A stretch of DNA of 45,171 bases from a virus: the IMG/VR virus record IMGVR_UViG_3300033746_000018; one strand, given 5' to 3'. Positions 35,472 to 42,385 of the stretch are shown here, piece by piece; the first letter of the stretch is position 1, and every line of letters begins with the position of its first letter. The position numbers and the translations under genes are program-made. The notes under the pieces are model-generated. The model worked only from the letters and a program-made list of their open reading frames with translations. It ran no database searches and was not told where the DNA came from.

Positions 35472-36031
35472 TGTTTCGTATTAGAGTAAGCAATCACGCC
35501 CATAGCAGGTGGACTGAAAGAGTCGGGAAGTTTTGGAAAAAGAATAAGATAGCGGGTTATATATCTACCCGCTTTCTCCCTAAGTTAAGGCAGGGGATTA
35601 AGCCGTATGTAATAGAAAATCAATCGTTTTACTTATTTTTTACAGGCGAAATTAATGAAAAGCTGGTGTTTTCAGTATTGACACCTGATAGCAGCGGACT
35701 TTGGAGCGGGTGGTCGGTGGTTACGGTTATTACTGACGAGCAGATAGACAGCATAACAACTTATTATGATGTATTATATCAGGAGGTTACGGGTAATGAG
35801 CAAAAAAGTAGTGGACCTGGCAAAGTACAGAAAACTGGCAGAGAGAAGGAAGGAACTCAAGAAAAGAGAGCGGGCGTTGATCCGATACCTGATGAAGTTA
35901 GCAAAGGAGGACTAATGGACCTTACAAAAATTAAGGAAGATTTGAGAGAAGATTATCCAGGACTGCCTAATTATATGATTGACAGGATAGCAGAGGAAGC
36001 TGCGGAGAAGGTAGCAGCAGAAGATGATTAA
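35471..36031 (+). CDS. Hypothetical protein (186 aa)
   Basis: ORF track. The ATG overlaps the upstream stop. Confidence 0.6.
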   Translation: MFRIRVSNHAHSRWTERVGKFWKKNKIAGYISTRFLPKLRQGIKPYVIENQSFYLFFTGEINEKLVFSVLTPDSSGLWSGWSVVTVITDEQIDSITTYYDVLYQEVTGNEQKSSGPGKVQKTGREKEGTQEKRAGVDPIPDEVSKGGLMDLTKIKEDLREDYPGLPNYMIDRIAEEAAEKVAAEDD

Positions 36032-36110
36032 TGAAATAGCCCGCTGGTTAGTAATGATATGTTTTATAGTAATGTTTATTGCTGCAGGTGGTAGCAAAGG
36101 AGGTAGTTAA
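36024..36110 (+). CDS. Possible 28-aa transmembrane micropeptide
   Basis: Hand translation gives MINEIARWLVMICFIVMFIAAGGSKGGS. It has an ATGATTAA overlap with the upstream stop. It conflicts with the 5' end of the 36079 ORF. Confidence 0.3.
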   Translation: MINEIARWLVMICFIVMFIAAGGSKGGS

Positions 36111-36261
36111 TATTACACGCTGGAATAACCTGACTAGAGAAAAAGCCCGCAAGTTAGGGATAGAAGGCTTTTATGAGTTGCACCAAATGGAAATGAAGGA
36201 AGCCGACAGTATTAATGATCTATTAGAAAAACAGGAGAACAAAGAAAAAGACCAGGATTAA
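36079..36261 (+). CDS. Hypothetical protein (up to 60 aa) with an uncertain start
   Basis: ORF track. AAGGAGG at 36098-36104 lies inside the ORF and has no canonical start codon after it. Confidence 0.35.
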   Translation: MLQVVAKEVVNITRWNNLTREKARKLGIEGFYELHQMEMKEADSINDLLEKQENKEKDQD

Positions 36262-36281
36262 GCCCCTGGTCCTTTCTTTTT
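36250..36281 (+). terminator. Rho-independent terminator at the convergence of the rightward early operon and the leftward operon
   Basis: gaccagg-attaagcc-cctggtc followed by ctttcttttt. Confidence 0.7.
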
Positions 36282-36327
36282 GAGTATAGCAGCCACCACC
36301 AATAGCCCGCCAGTTATCAATATATAA

Positions 36328-36621
36328 TTAGTTATCGCTATCATATTGTAAAGCCCTGACTAATTCTTTTGCTGCAGGCTCATTAATCTGGCCTGATAAC
36401 CATAGATCATCTATTACCTGTCTAGCTTCTTCTATCGCTTCTCTTTCCTTAATACCTGGTAGCTTATAATATTTATCTACCATTCTGCTGCCTGGATCCT
36501 GGTGGCCGTTCATTATCTTAGACATATGAGATTTACTGACTCCGATTAGCTTTCCCATTTCCTGCTGGTTGAGATTTCTTTCCTCCATATATTCTTTGAT
36601 TTTTTTTGTGATTTCGTGCAT
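36328..36621 (-). CDS. XRE-family HTH regulator (97 aa)
   Basis: I chose the start at 36621 because it follows AAGGAGGG. The HTH segment is NLNQQEMGKLIGVSKSHMSKIMNG. Confidence 0.75.
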   Translation of the reverse strand: MHEITKKIKEYMEERNLNQQEMGKLIGVSKSHMSKIMNGHQDPGSRMVDKYYKLPGIKEREAIEEARQVIDDLWLSGQINEPAAKELVRALQYDSDN

Positions 36622-36769
36622 TTTTGCCCTCCTTAATTGCTGTTCTGATTTCATCTGCTAATTCGCTGTCTACCTGATCTAGTGCTGTTAATATTCTGGC
36701 CGCTTGGTCTGTTGTTAATTCTGATATAGCGATTTTATATTCGCCGTCAAAATATCTTAATACCTTCAT
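36533..36769 (-). CDS. Hypothetical protein (78 aa) whose last ~29 codons overlap the HTH gene in another frame
   Basis: The start at 36769 follows GGAGGTGG. The N-terminus is MKVLRYFDGEYKIAISELTTDQAARIL... Confidence 0.45.
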   Translation of the reverse strand: MKVLRYFDGEYKIAISELTTDQAARILTALDQVDSELADEIRTAIKEGKNARNHKKNQRIYGGKKSQPAGNGKANRSQ

Positions 36770-36874
36770 TTTTCCACCTCCTATAATTAAAAAGTAGGTA
36801 TAATTACCCACTAAAGAAAAACTTTTACCTTGTAGAGCGGGTAGTTTTGCAGCTTACCCAGGCTGATAGAGTTA

Positions 36875-37468
36875 TTATCTTATTAATTCATAATATTTTT
36901 TTAGCTGTTCAATGGTCCAATCTTCCCAACTATCTCCCCCCCAAGGACCTTGATTTTGAGAAGGATCTTCTCCTGGTTGTGTGCTACTGCCTTCAAAATC
37001 TCCGTAATATCTGACGCCTTCTTCATCAAATCTTAACTCAACAATAGCTTCTGAGCGGTCGGGTGTATAGTCATAACCTCTGCCCCAGTATTTGCTTGAT
37101 GTAATCCAATCTAATAACTCAGGGTCTATTTCTTCTAATTCATCAGCAGTCAAAATAATTCTGCGACCTTCCAATTCATTGATAATTATATCTTTTTTTG
37201 GCTTCCATATTGCTGCAACTCTGTCCCTTAGATAACCTCTGTCGTCAACCTTGTAGATATATGCTTTTCCTATTTCCTTATCAAAATCAGCTATAGTCAT
37301 TTCTGCTGTTGCTGGGTCGTTGCTTTCTTGCCATTCTTCTTCCTCTGCCTGCATTAATAATTCGTCTATACTTAATAATGGACTTGCATTATCTTTATAC
37401 CATTCAAACCCCTGCTCTTTTGCTTCCTCTAGGACCTTCTCCATCATAGTTTTTTCACGCTTAGTCAT
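36875..37468 (-). CDS. Highly acidic hypothetical protein (197 aa)
   Basis: ORF track. RBS is aaaggagg. It is D/E- and W-rich. Confidence 0.65.
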   Translation of the reverse strand: MTKREKTMMEKVLEEAKEQGFEWYKDNASPLLSIDELLMQAEEEEWQESNDPATAEMTIADFDKEIGKAYIYKVDDRGYLRDRVAAIWKPKKDIIINELEGRRIILTADELEEIDPELLDWITSSKYWGRGYDYTPDRSEAIVELRFDEEGVRYYGDFEGSSTQPGEDPSQNQGPWGGDSWEDWTIEQLKKYYELIR

Positions 37469-37553
37469 TATAATTTCCTCCTTTTGATTTTGTGCAGCCA
37501 GCGGTTAACTGGCCGCTTAATTATTAATTCTTGATTATCTGCTCAACTCCTGC

Positions 37554-37670
37554 TTAATAATTTGGATAAGTCGCCACATAATCAGCCCAAACTACTATAA
37601 GATAGTACCAAAACCCGCCACCGACAACTGCAGCCAACAAGTATATAATCAGATCTTTGAGTTTTCTCAT
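37554..37670 (-). CDS. Possible 38-aa transmembrane micropeptide
   Basis: Hand translation gives MRKLKDLIIYLLAAVVGGGFWYYLIVVWADYVATYPNY. GGAGGGGGG lies 6 nt upstream. Confidence 0.4.
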   Translation of the reverse strand: MRKLKDLIIYLLAAVVGGGFWYYLIVVWADYVATYPNY

Positions 37671-37861
37671 ATTCTGCCCCCCTCCTGGAATAGATTATCC
37701 TGCCGCATAACCTGACCCTCTCCGCAGATCATTCGCTTTCTTTCCGCTTCTGCTTTCGTGGCTGCTTTTGCTAATATCAAACCCTTGTTGTCAACTACGA
37801 AATATCGTGGCCTGCAGCGACCTGTAAACTCGTCAAACAATGGATTCCGCTTCATATTCAT
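37667..37861 (-). CDS. Hypothetical protein (64 aa)
   Basis: ORF track. RBS is aagggggcg. Confidence 0.55.
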   Translation of the reverse strand: MNMKRNPLFDEFTGRCRPRYFVVDNKGLILAKAATKAEAERKRMICGEGQVMRQDNLFQEGGRI

Positions 37862-37863
37862 AA

Positions 37864-38031
37864 TTACGCCCCCTTATTAATGTAATATTCAGGCTGTATG
37901 CTTTCGGCCTGGACCTGTATTTCCTCCAGGACCTGCAGCACTTCTGTTAATTCTGCAGCTTGTCCCGTCCTACCTAAATCGTTAATATGTCGGACCAACT
38001 TTTCTAATAACATTTGGCTGTATTCTTGCAT
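37864..38031 (-). CDS. Hypothetical helical microprotein (55 aa)
   Basis: Hand translation gives MQEYSQMLLEKLVRHINDLGRTGQAAELTEVLQVLEEIQVQAESIQPEYYINKGA. RBS is aggggtg. Confidence 0.45.
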   Translation of the reverse strand: MQEYSQMLLEKLVRHINDLGRTGQAAELTEVLQVLEEIQVQAESIQPEYYINKGA

Positions 38032-38054
38032 TTTTTCACCCCTTTACATTTGAT

Positions 38055-38110
38055 TTGAGAAAAATTAAAACTTAATGCAGCCTGCCAGGTAGTGGGACCC
38101 TGACAAGCTG
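38055..38110 (-). terminator. Possible intrinsic terminator or processing hairpin inside the leftward operon
   Basis: A 12-bp stem joins 38078-38089 and 38099-38110. On the minus strand it is followed by CAUUAAGUUUUAAUUUUU. Confidence 0.4.
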
Positions 38111-38118
38111 GATAAATT

Positions 38119-38505
38119 CTAATAACCTTTTGCGTAAAATTCGCCTGCTTCTTTTAAATCTTTTTCAAAGTCTTTTTTGTTATCAAATACTTTTAAAATT
38201 AAATCTCCTTCAATATAAGTGAACTTTGCTTTTAAATCTTTATTTATAAATACTTCCCTGTAGGCTGTGGTCCATTCCCAAACTCTTTCAAAATCAAAAA
38301 GCTGTAGCATAACTTTTGGCCAATTGCTTTCCTGAAATTCAGGCTTAAATCCTCTGTAAAGCCTATAACCTTCCTCAACTTCTACCTTATCCATTAAAGT
38401 GGTTAATACATCAATTTGGTGGTCCTCTGTTCTTGCTATACTCATAAAGTCCTTATATTCTTGAGTGATTTTGTGGCCGTCCAATTTCTTTTCATAAGTA
38501 GTCAT
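38119..38505 (-). CDS. Hypothetical protein (128 aa)
   Basis: ORF track. It is preceded by the conserved leader element. Confidence 0.65.
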   Translation of the reverse strand: MTTYEKKLDGHKITQEYKDFMSIARTEDHQIDVLTTLMDKVEVEEGYRLYRGFKPEFQESNWPKVMLQLFDFERVWEWTTAYREVFINKDLKAKFTYIEGDLILKVFDNKKDFEKDLKEAGEFYAKGY

Positions 38506-38592
38506 TATTTAACACTCTCCTTTTAATTTTTTTCTAGCTTAAAAGCTAGCTCCTGCAGATCTTTCAGGACCTGCAAGAGTTAACCGTTAAGA
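38506..38592 (-). promoter_or_regulatory. Conserved intergenic leader element, copy A. It contains the palindrome CTAGCTTTTAAGCTAG, an upstream hairpin and an identical RBS context.
   Basis: About 50 nt are near-identical to 39043-39092, and the remainder is hairpin-forming with a different stem sequence. Confidence 0.6.
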
Positions 38593-39042
38593 TTAGATTA
38601 TACCTTTTTCCTTGAAACTGATATATTGACTATCAGCTATAATAATATGATCTACAACATTAATTCCTAATATATCGCCACCTTTGACTAATTTTTTTGT
38701 TATGCTGACATCATCGCCGCTCGGCATTGGGTCGCCACTTGGATGGTTATGGCACAAAACTATACCTGCAGCATTTTGCATTATTGCCCGCTGAAAAACT
38801 GTTCTAGGTTCTACAATTGAAGAAGAAAGGCCGCCTTTGTGGACCTCAAAAACTCCAGTTATATTATTTTTGACATCTAATGTCGCCATTGCTAACACTT
38901 CCTGACCTCTGATATCCATTTCTAGTACCTTGTTGAAGAATTCAGCTGCGACTATTGGGTTTGTGATTTTCTCGTTATCTATTGCCTGATAATCCACCTC
39001 GTTCTCCTTGATTAACCTGATATCAAACTTTGTAATTTTCAT
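38593..39042 (-). CDS. radC: RadC-like JAB/MPN+ domain protein (149 aa)
   Basis: The JAMM motif is present: VLCHNHPSGDPMPSGDD, with VVDHIII downstream. Confidence 0.85.
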   Translation of the reverse strand: MKITKFDIRLIKENEVDYQAIDNEKITNPIVAAEFFNKVLEMDIRGQEVLAMATLDVKNNITGVFEVHKGGLSSSIVEPRTVFQRAIMQNAAGIVLCHNHPSGDPMPSGDDVSITKKLVKGGDILGINVVDHIIIADSQYISFKEKGII

Positions 39043-39128
39043 TATTTAACACTCTCCTTTTAGATTTTTTCTAGCTTAAAAGCTAGTACCTGCTGACCTG
39101 TGAAGATCAGCAAGAATTAACTTTCAGT
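39043..39128 (-). promoter_or_regulatory. Conserved intergenic leader element, copy B
   Basis: See 38506-38592. Confidence 0.6.
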
Positions 39129-39509
39129 CTAATATGTTTTATCAAAGTACCATTTAAAGATGTTTTTTGCGGTTTGTCTATCCTCAATCTTCATTAGTAG
39201 TCTGTCGAAAACTCTTTCCATAGTTCCCTCTGTCCTTATATGCTGATTATTAACAATTACATTCAATTCGTGATAAGAGTCAACCCAAACTTGATACCCG
39301 CCTATTACTTCTACTTTGTCAGCCATTTCTGCAAGTCTGCCGAATTGATATTCTAGTTCTTCCAAATCAGGTAAACCTATTTCATTAATAACATTTAATA
39401 CTGTTTGTTCTTCGTGGCTGTCTAACTGCTGTATTTCATAGACTAATGAAGTTAATTCCTTGTCTATCCTGTCCGCCAATTCAATAATTTTCTGCTTGTT
39501 TTCAATCAT
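39129..39509 (-). CDS. Hypothetical protein (126 aa), first gene of the leftward operon
   Basis: ORF track. RBS is aaggagg. Confidence 0.65.
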   Translation of the reverse strand: MIENKQKIIELADRIDKELTSLVYEIQQLDSHEEQTVLNVINEIGLPDLEELEYQFGRLAEMADKVEVIGGYQVWVDSYHELNVIVNNQHIRTEGTMERVFDRLLMKIEDRQTAKNIFKWYFDKTY

Positions 39510-39553
39510 TATTAATTCCTCCTTGAAATTTGTTTTTTCCTTCTTGCAACTTC

Positions 39554-39582
39554 ATTATATAGATAGTAGAGCAGTTCTTCAA
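39554..39582 (-). promoter_or_regulatory. Leftward promoter TTGAAG-17-TATAAT
   Basis: On the minus strand the -35 is at 39582-39577 and the -10 at 39559-39554. That places it about 40 nt upstream of the ATG at 39509. Confidence 0.6.
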
Positions 39583-39688
39583 CATCTATATTCTAGCTTA
39601 TAGACTGATTAGATTAGATTATAGCCGTAAAACCTCCATAATACTCTATTATTCTTAGTTATTTGAATTACTCATAGTAAGCTATATT

Positions 39689-39717
39689 TTGCAATTAACA
39701 ATATAAAAGCATATAAT
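39689..39717 (+). promoter_or_regulatory. Rightward promoter TTGCAA-17-TATAAT upstream of terS
   Basis: The -35 is at 39689-39694 and the -10 at 39712-39717. It shares the context TTGCAATTAA...TATAATAAT with the promoter at 24939. Confidence 0.65.
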
Positions 39718-39827
39718 AATAGTAGAGATAGGACCTGCAGCAACAAGCAAAAAATTAACTCAGGTAAGCGATAACCTGAACAGGTTTTTCTCTGACTCTT
39801 GCAGCAGATCTTCAAAAAAGATTTGCG

Positions 39828-39855
39828 GAAAGAGGAAGAACTCTTTTTCTTTCTT
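39828..39855 (+). terminator. Weak terminator or attenuator hairpin in the terS leader
   Basis: gaaagag-gaagaa-ctctttt followed by tctttctt. A second hairpin, gcagatc/gatttgc, precedes it at 39804-39826. Confidence 0.35.
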
Positions 39856-39936
39856 ATATAATTCTTTCTTTTTCTGAGATGGAGTTATAAATATTTAATT
39901 AGATAACTATTAATATAATTAGAAGGTGAAATTATT

Positions 39937-40392
39937 ATGCCAGAAGTTAAATATAAACCTGATGAACTAGCTGCAGCTATAAATGATTATTTTCAAGCTA
40001 AACTTGATAAGGAGAAAAAAATTAACTTTGTCAGCATTGTTGACCTCTGCAGATTTTTAGATATAGACCGCTCAACCTTTTATAGATATAAAAATAAGCC
40101 AGAGTATGCAACAGCAGTAAAAAAGGCTGAAAATACTATTATAAGTTTGTGGGAACAACAATTAATGCTACCTGGCCGAAATACCACGGGAGCCATCTTC
40201 TGGCTTAAGAATTTTGGAGGAATGGCGGACCGAGTAGAACATCAGCACCAGGTATCAGGCCAAATTGACCATAATAAGGTGGATAAGCTGGAAGAATTGG
40301 ACGAAAAGACGCTGCAGCAGCTAAGTAAGGCGGTAGATATGATTGAGCAACGGCAAAATGCAGTAGATGTTGAGCCTGAAGAAGAAGAATAA
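39937..40392 (+). CDS. terS: Terminase small subunit (151 aa)
   Basis: N-terminal HTH-like segment IVDLCRFLDIDRSTFYRYK and the motif GAIFWLKNFGGMADR, typical of Terminase_2-type small subunits. Confidence 0.7.
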   Translation: MPEVKYKPDELAAAINDYFQAKLDKEKKINFVSIVDLCRFLDIDRSTFYRYKNKPEYATAVKKAENTIISLWEQQLMLPGRNTTGAIFWLKNFGGMADRVEHQHQVSGQIDHNKVDKLEELDEKTLQQLSKAVDMIEQRQNAVDVEPEEEE

Positions 40393-40412
40393 GCTATAAT
40401 GAAGGTAAAAGT

Positions 40413-40442
40413 TTCGTAAAATCTATGTTTTGCGAAGTTTTT
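40413..40442 (+). terminator. Rho-independent terminator after terS
   Basis: ttcgtaaaa-tctatg-ttttgcgaa followed by gttttt. Confidence 0.6.
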
Positions 40443-40552
40443 CAGTTCAGCAATATAAATGAAGGTAGGGGGAGGGGTGAGCCGGTATCGGTATCCTATA
40501 ATATATATACCTCTATCAAACCAATATAAAATTTTAAAAAGGGTGGTTAATT

Positions 40553-40969
40553 TTGGAAATGGGAATGAGTAGCCAAAAACAAGGGACTTTAGGGGAAATA
40601 ATTTTTTTGAAAGAGGCTGTTAAAAGGGACTTGAAAGTATCAAAGCCATTTAGCCATCATAATAAATATGATTTTATAATAGATGATGACGAAAATCTTT
40701 ATAGAGTACAAATAAAATCTTGTAGAATGGAAGGGAAAGGTAATGGATATAGGGTTAGAATATGCAACGGGAATGGTAGTTATGGAAAGAAAAGTGCTTA
40801 TGGCAAAAATGAAATTGATTTTTTTGGCATTTATCTAGTCCCTGTAGAAACCTGGTTTATAATACCTAGAAAAGCAACTGCAAATAATAAATCAGTATAT
40901 TTGTTACCTAATGATAAAAGTTCTAAATATGGTAAATATCAAGAAAATTGGGGTTTTGAATATTTTTAG
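40553..40969 (+). CDS. Free-standing PD-(D/E)XK endonuclease (PDDEXK_5-like, homing-endonuclease-type), 138 aa
   Basis: GTLGEIIFLKEAVKRDLKVSKP...KYDFIIDDDENLYRVQIKS. The TTG start lies 6 nt after GGGTGG. Confidence 0.6.
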   Translation: MEMGMSSQKQGTLGEIIFLKEAVKRDLKVSKPFSHHNKYDFIIDDDENLYRVQIKSCRMEGKGNGYRVRICNGNGSYGKKSAYGKNEIDFFGIYLVPVETWFIIPRKATANNKSVYLLPNDKSSKYGKYQENWGFEYF

Positions 40970-41125
40970 TACAAAGTGGAGGTTTGAAATCACTCAAATA
41001 TATATTTTTTAGCTTTTAAAAGGGGTATATTTATATAGAATAGTCTTATAAAAGGGTTAACATAAGGAAATATACCTTTAAGCAGTAAAAAAATAAGGAT
41101 AATAGTATATAGGAGGTTTGAGCAA

Positions 41126-41371
41126 GTGAAAGAAGTTGAACAAGTGCAGCCTATTATGGTAGCCAGGTGTCCTAATTGTCATTACACAGATAAAATAGAT
41201 AAATACGAGCAATTTTGGCAGGAGTTTGAAGATGGGAAAACAAAACGAATGAAGATTTGCCCTAAATGTGGGATTGTATTTGCTCATAACATAAGATATA
41301 TAGGCGACGAATTATATAGAGTCGCAGAAGGATTTGGGCTTATAGGAGGAAAGGACGGTTTTCACAGATGA
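41126..41371 (+). CDS. Zinc-ribbon protein (81 aa, GTG start)
   Basis: CPNCHY ... CPKCG. RBS is aggagg. Confidence 0.6.
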   Translation: MKEVEQVQPIMVARCPNCHYTDKIDKYEQFWQEFEDGKTKRMKICPKCGIVFAHNIRYIGDELYRVAEGFGLIGGKDGFHR

Positions 41372-41679
41372 AATACAATGGTATGGAAATAGTGTCAGAT
41401 GGTAGTTTAGACAGTTCAGAGAAGGAAACGATAATAGTATTTGATAGGAGAACAGTATCAGAGGACGGCACTATGGATATTTCTAGCTTTGACAGGATAG
41501 TGGTCGAGCATTTACTCCAATCTCCTAATTTTGTAGTAAAAAAGCTGCACTATTCCTATGTAGAGGACGATATATGTATAGTTGGTGTTGATGGCAAACT
41601 TCCTTTAGGTCATTTAAGGATAAAGCAGGATTGCAAGACCCCGAATAATGTTAGTTTTACACTTTCAAAGCAGTTTTAA
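41368..41679 (+). CDS. Hypothetical protein (103 aa)
   Basis: ORF track. ATGA overlap with the upstream gene. Confidence 0.6.
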   Translation: MKYNGMEIVSDGSLDSSEKETIIVFDRRTVSEDGTMDISSFDRIVVEHLLQSPNFVVKKLHYSYVEDDICIVGVDGKLPLGHLRIKQDCKTPNNVSFTLSKQF

Positions 41680-41684
41680 GGAGG
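41643..41684 (+). repeat. 42-bp direct repeat R1, covering the 3' end of the 41368 gene plus its RBS
   Basis: 36 of 42 nt are identical to 41957-41998. Confidence 0.85.
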
Positions 41685-41689
41685 GCAAT

Positions 41690-41962
41690 ATGAATTTTGG
41701 TAAAGCATTAGAAGAATTAAAAAAAGGCAAAAAAATTGCACGAAAAGGTTGGAATGGTAAAAATATGTGGCTGTGCTATATGCCACCTGTAACTATTGAA
41801 GAAAGCATGGTTAATGGTAGAAGCAGAAAATTTTTACCAGAAGGGAAAGATTTAGAATGTCAGGGGTATATAGTTATGTGGACCGCTGGCGAGAAATGGC
41901 AGCCAGGGTGGTTAGCTTCACAACCTGATATGCTATCAAACGATTGGGAAGTTGTTGAATAA
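41690..41962 (+). CDS. DUF2829 / Tad2-like protein (90 aa), candidate anti-Thoeris signal sponge
   Basis: The ATG at 41690 follows AAGGAGGG. It has MNFGKALEELKKGKKIARKGWNGKNMW and the C-terminal GWLASQPDMLSNDWEVV. Confidence 0.7.
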   Translation: MNFGKALEELKKGKKIARKGWNGKNMWLCYMPPVTIEESMVNGRSRKFLPEGKDLECQGYIVMWTAGEKWQPGWLASQPDMLSNDWEVVE

Positions 41963-41998
41963 TGTTAGTTTTGTCTTATCAAAGCAATTTTAAGGAGG
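41957..41998 (+). repeat. 42-bp direct repeat R2
   Basis: It retains a remnant reading frame NNVSFVLSKQF-stop that matches the C-terminus NNVSFTLSKQF of the 41368 gene. Confidence 0.85.
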
Positions 41999-42002
41999 TA
42001 AA

Positions 42003-42305
42003 ATGGCAAAATATCGTAAAAAACCAGTTGTTATTGAAGCTATACAATTTAAGTTGATAGAAAAAATACCTTGTAAACACGGAATAGCAAAAAAATATAA
42101 TGATTTAGAAATAGCAGAATTTATGGATAAAGCTATAAGAGTTAAAACTATACCAAATGGAAGTTCAGAGGGAAAAATTGAAATTGAAACTTTAGAAGGA
42201 ACAATGATAGCTAGTGTAGGCGATTACATCATTAAAGGTGTTAATGGCGAATTTTATCCTTGCAAACCTGATATATTCCATAAGACTTATGAGAAGGTGA
42301 AATGA
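42003..42305 (+). CDS. Conserved phage hypothetical protein (100 aa)
   Basis: YRKKPVVIEAIQF ... GDYIIKGVNGEFYPCKPDIFHKTYE is a motif pair common in phage proteins of unknown function. Confidence 0.65.
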   Translation: MAKYRKKPVVIEAIQFKLIEKIPCKHGIAKKYNDLEIAEFMDKAIRVKTIPNGSSEGKIEIETLEGTMIASVGDYIIKGVNGEFYPCKPDIFHKTYEKVK

Positions 42306-42376
42306 TGTTAAGACTATTCAACGCTTTACTTTTAGCTGGGTTGTTAGCAGCGATAGTTATGTGGATTAGTGTTTAG
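42302..42376 (+). CDS. Possible 24-aa transmembrane micropeptide
   Basis: Hand translation gives MMLRLFNALLLAGLLAAIVMWISV. It has an ATGA overlap with the upstream stop. Confidence 0.3.
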   Translation: MMLRLFNALLLAGLLAAIVMWISV

Positions 42377-42385
42377 GAGGTAAAT

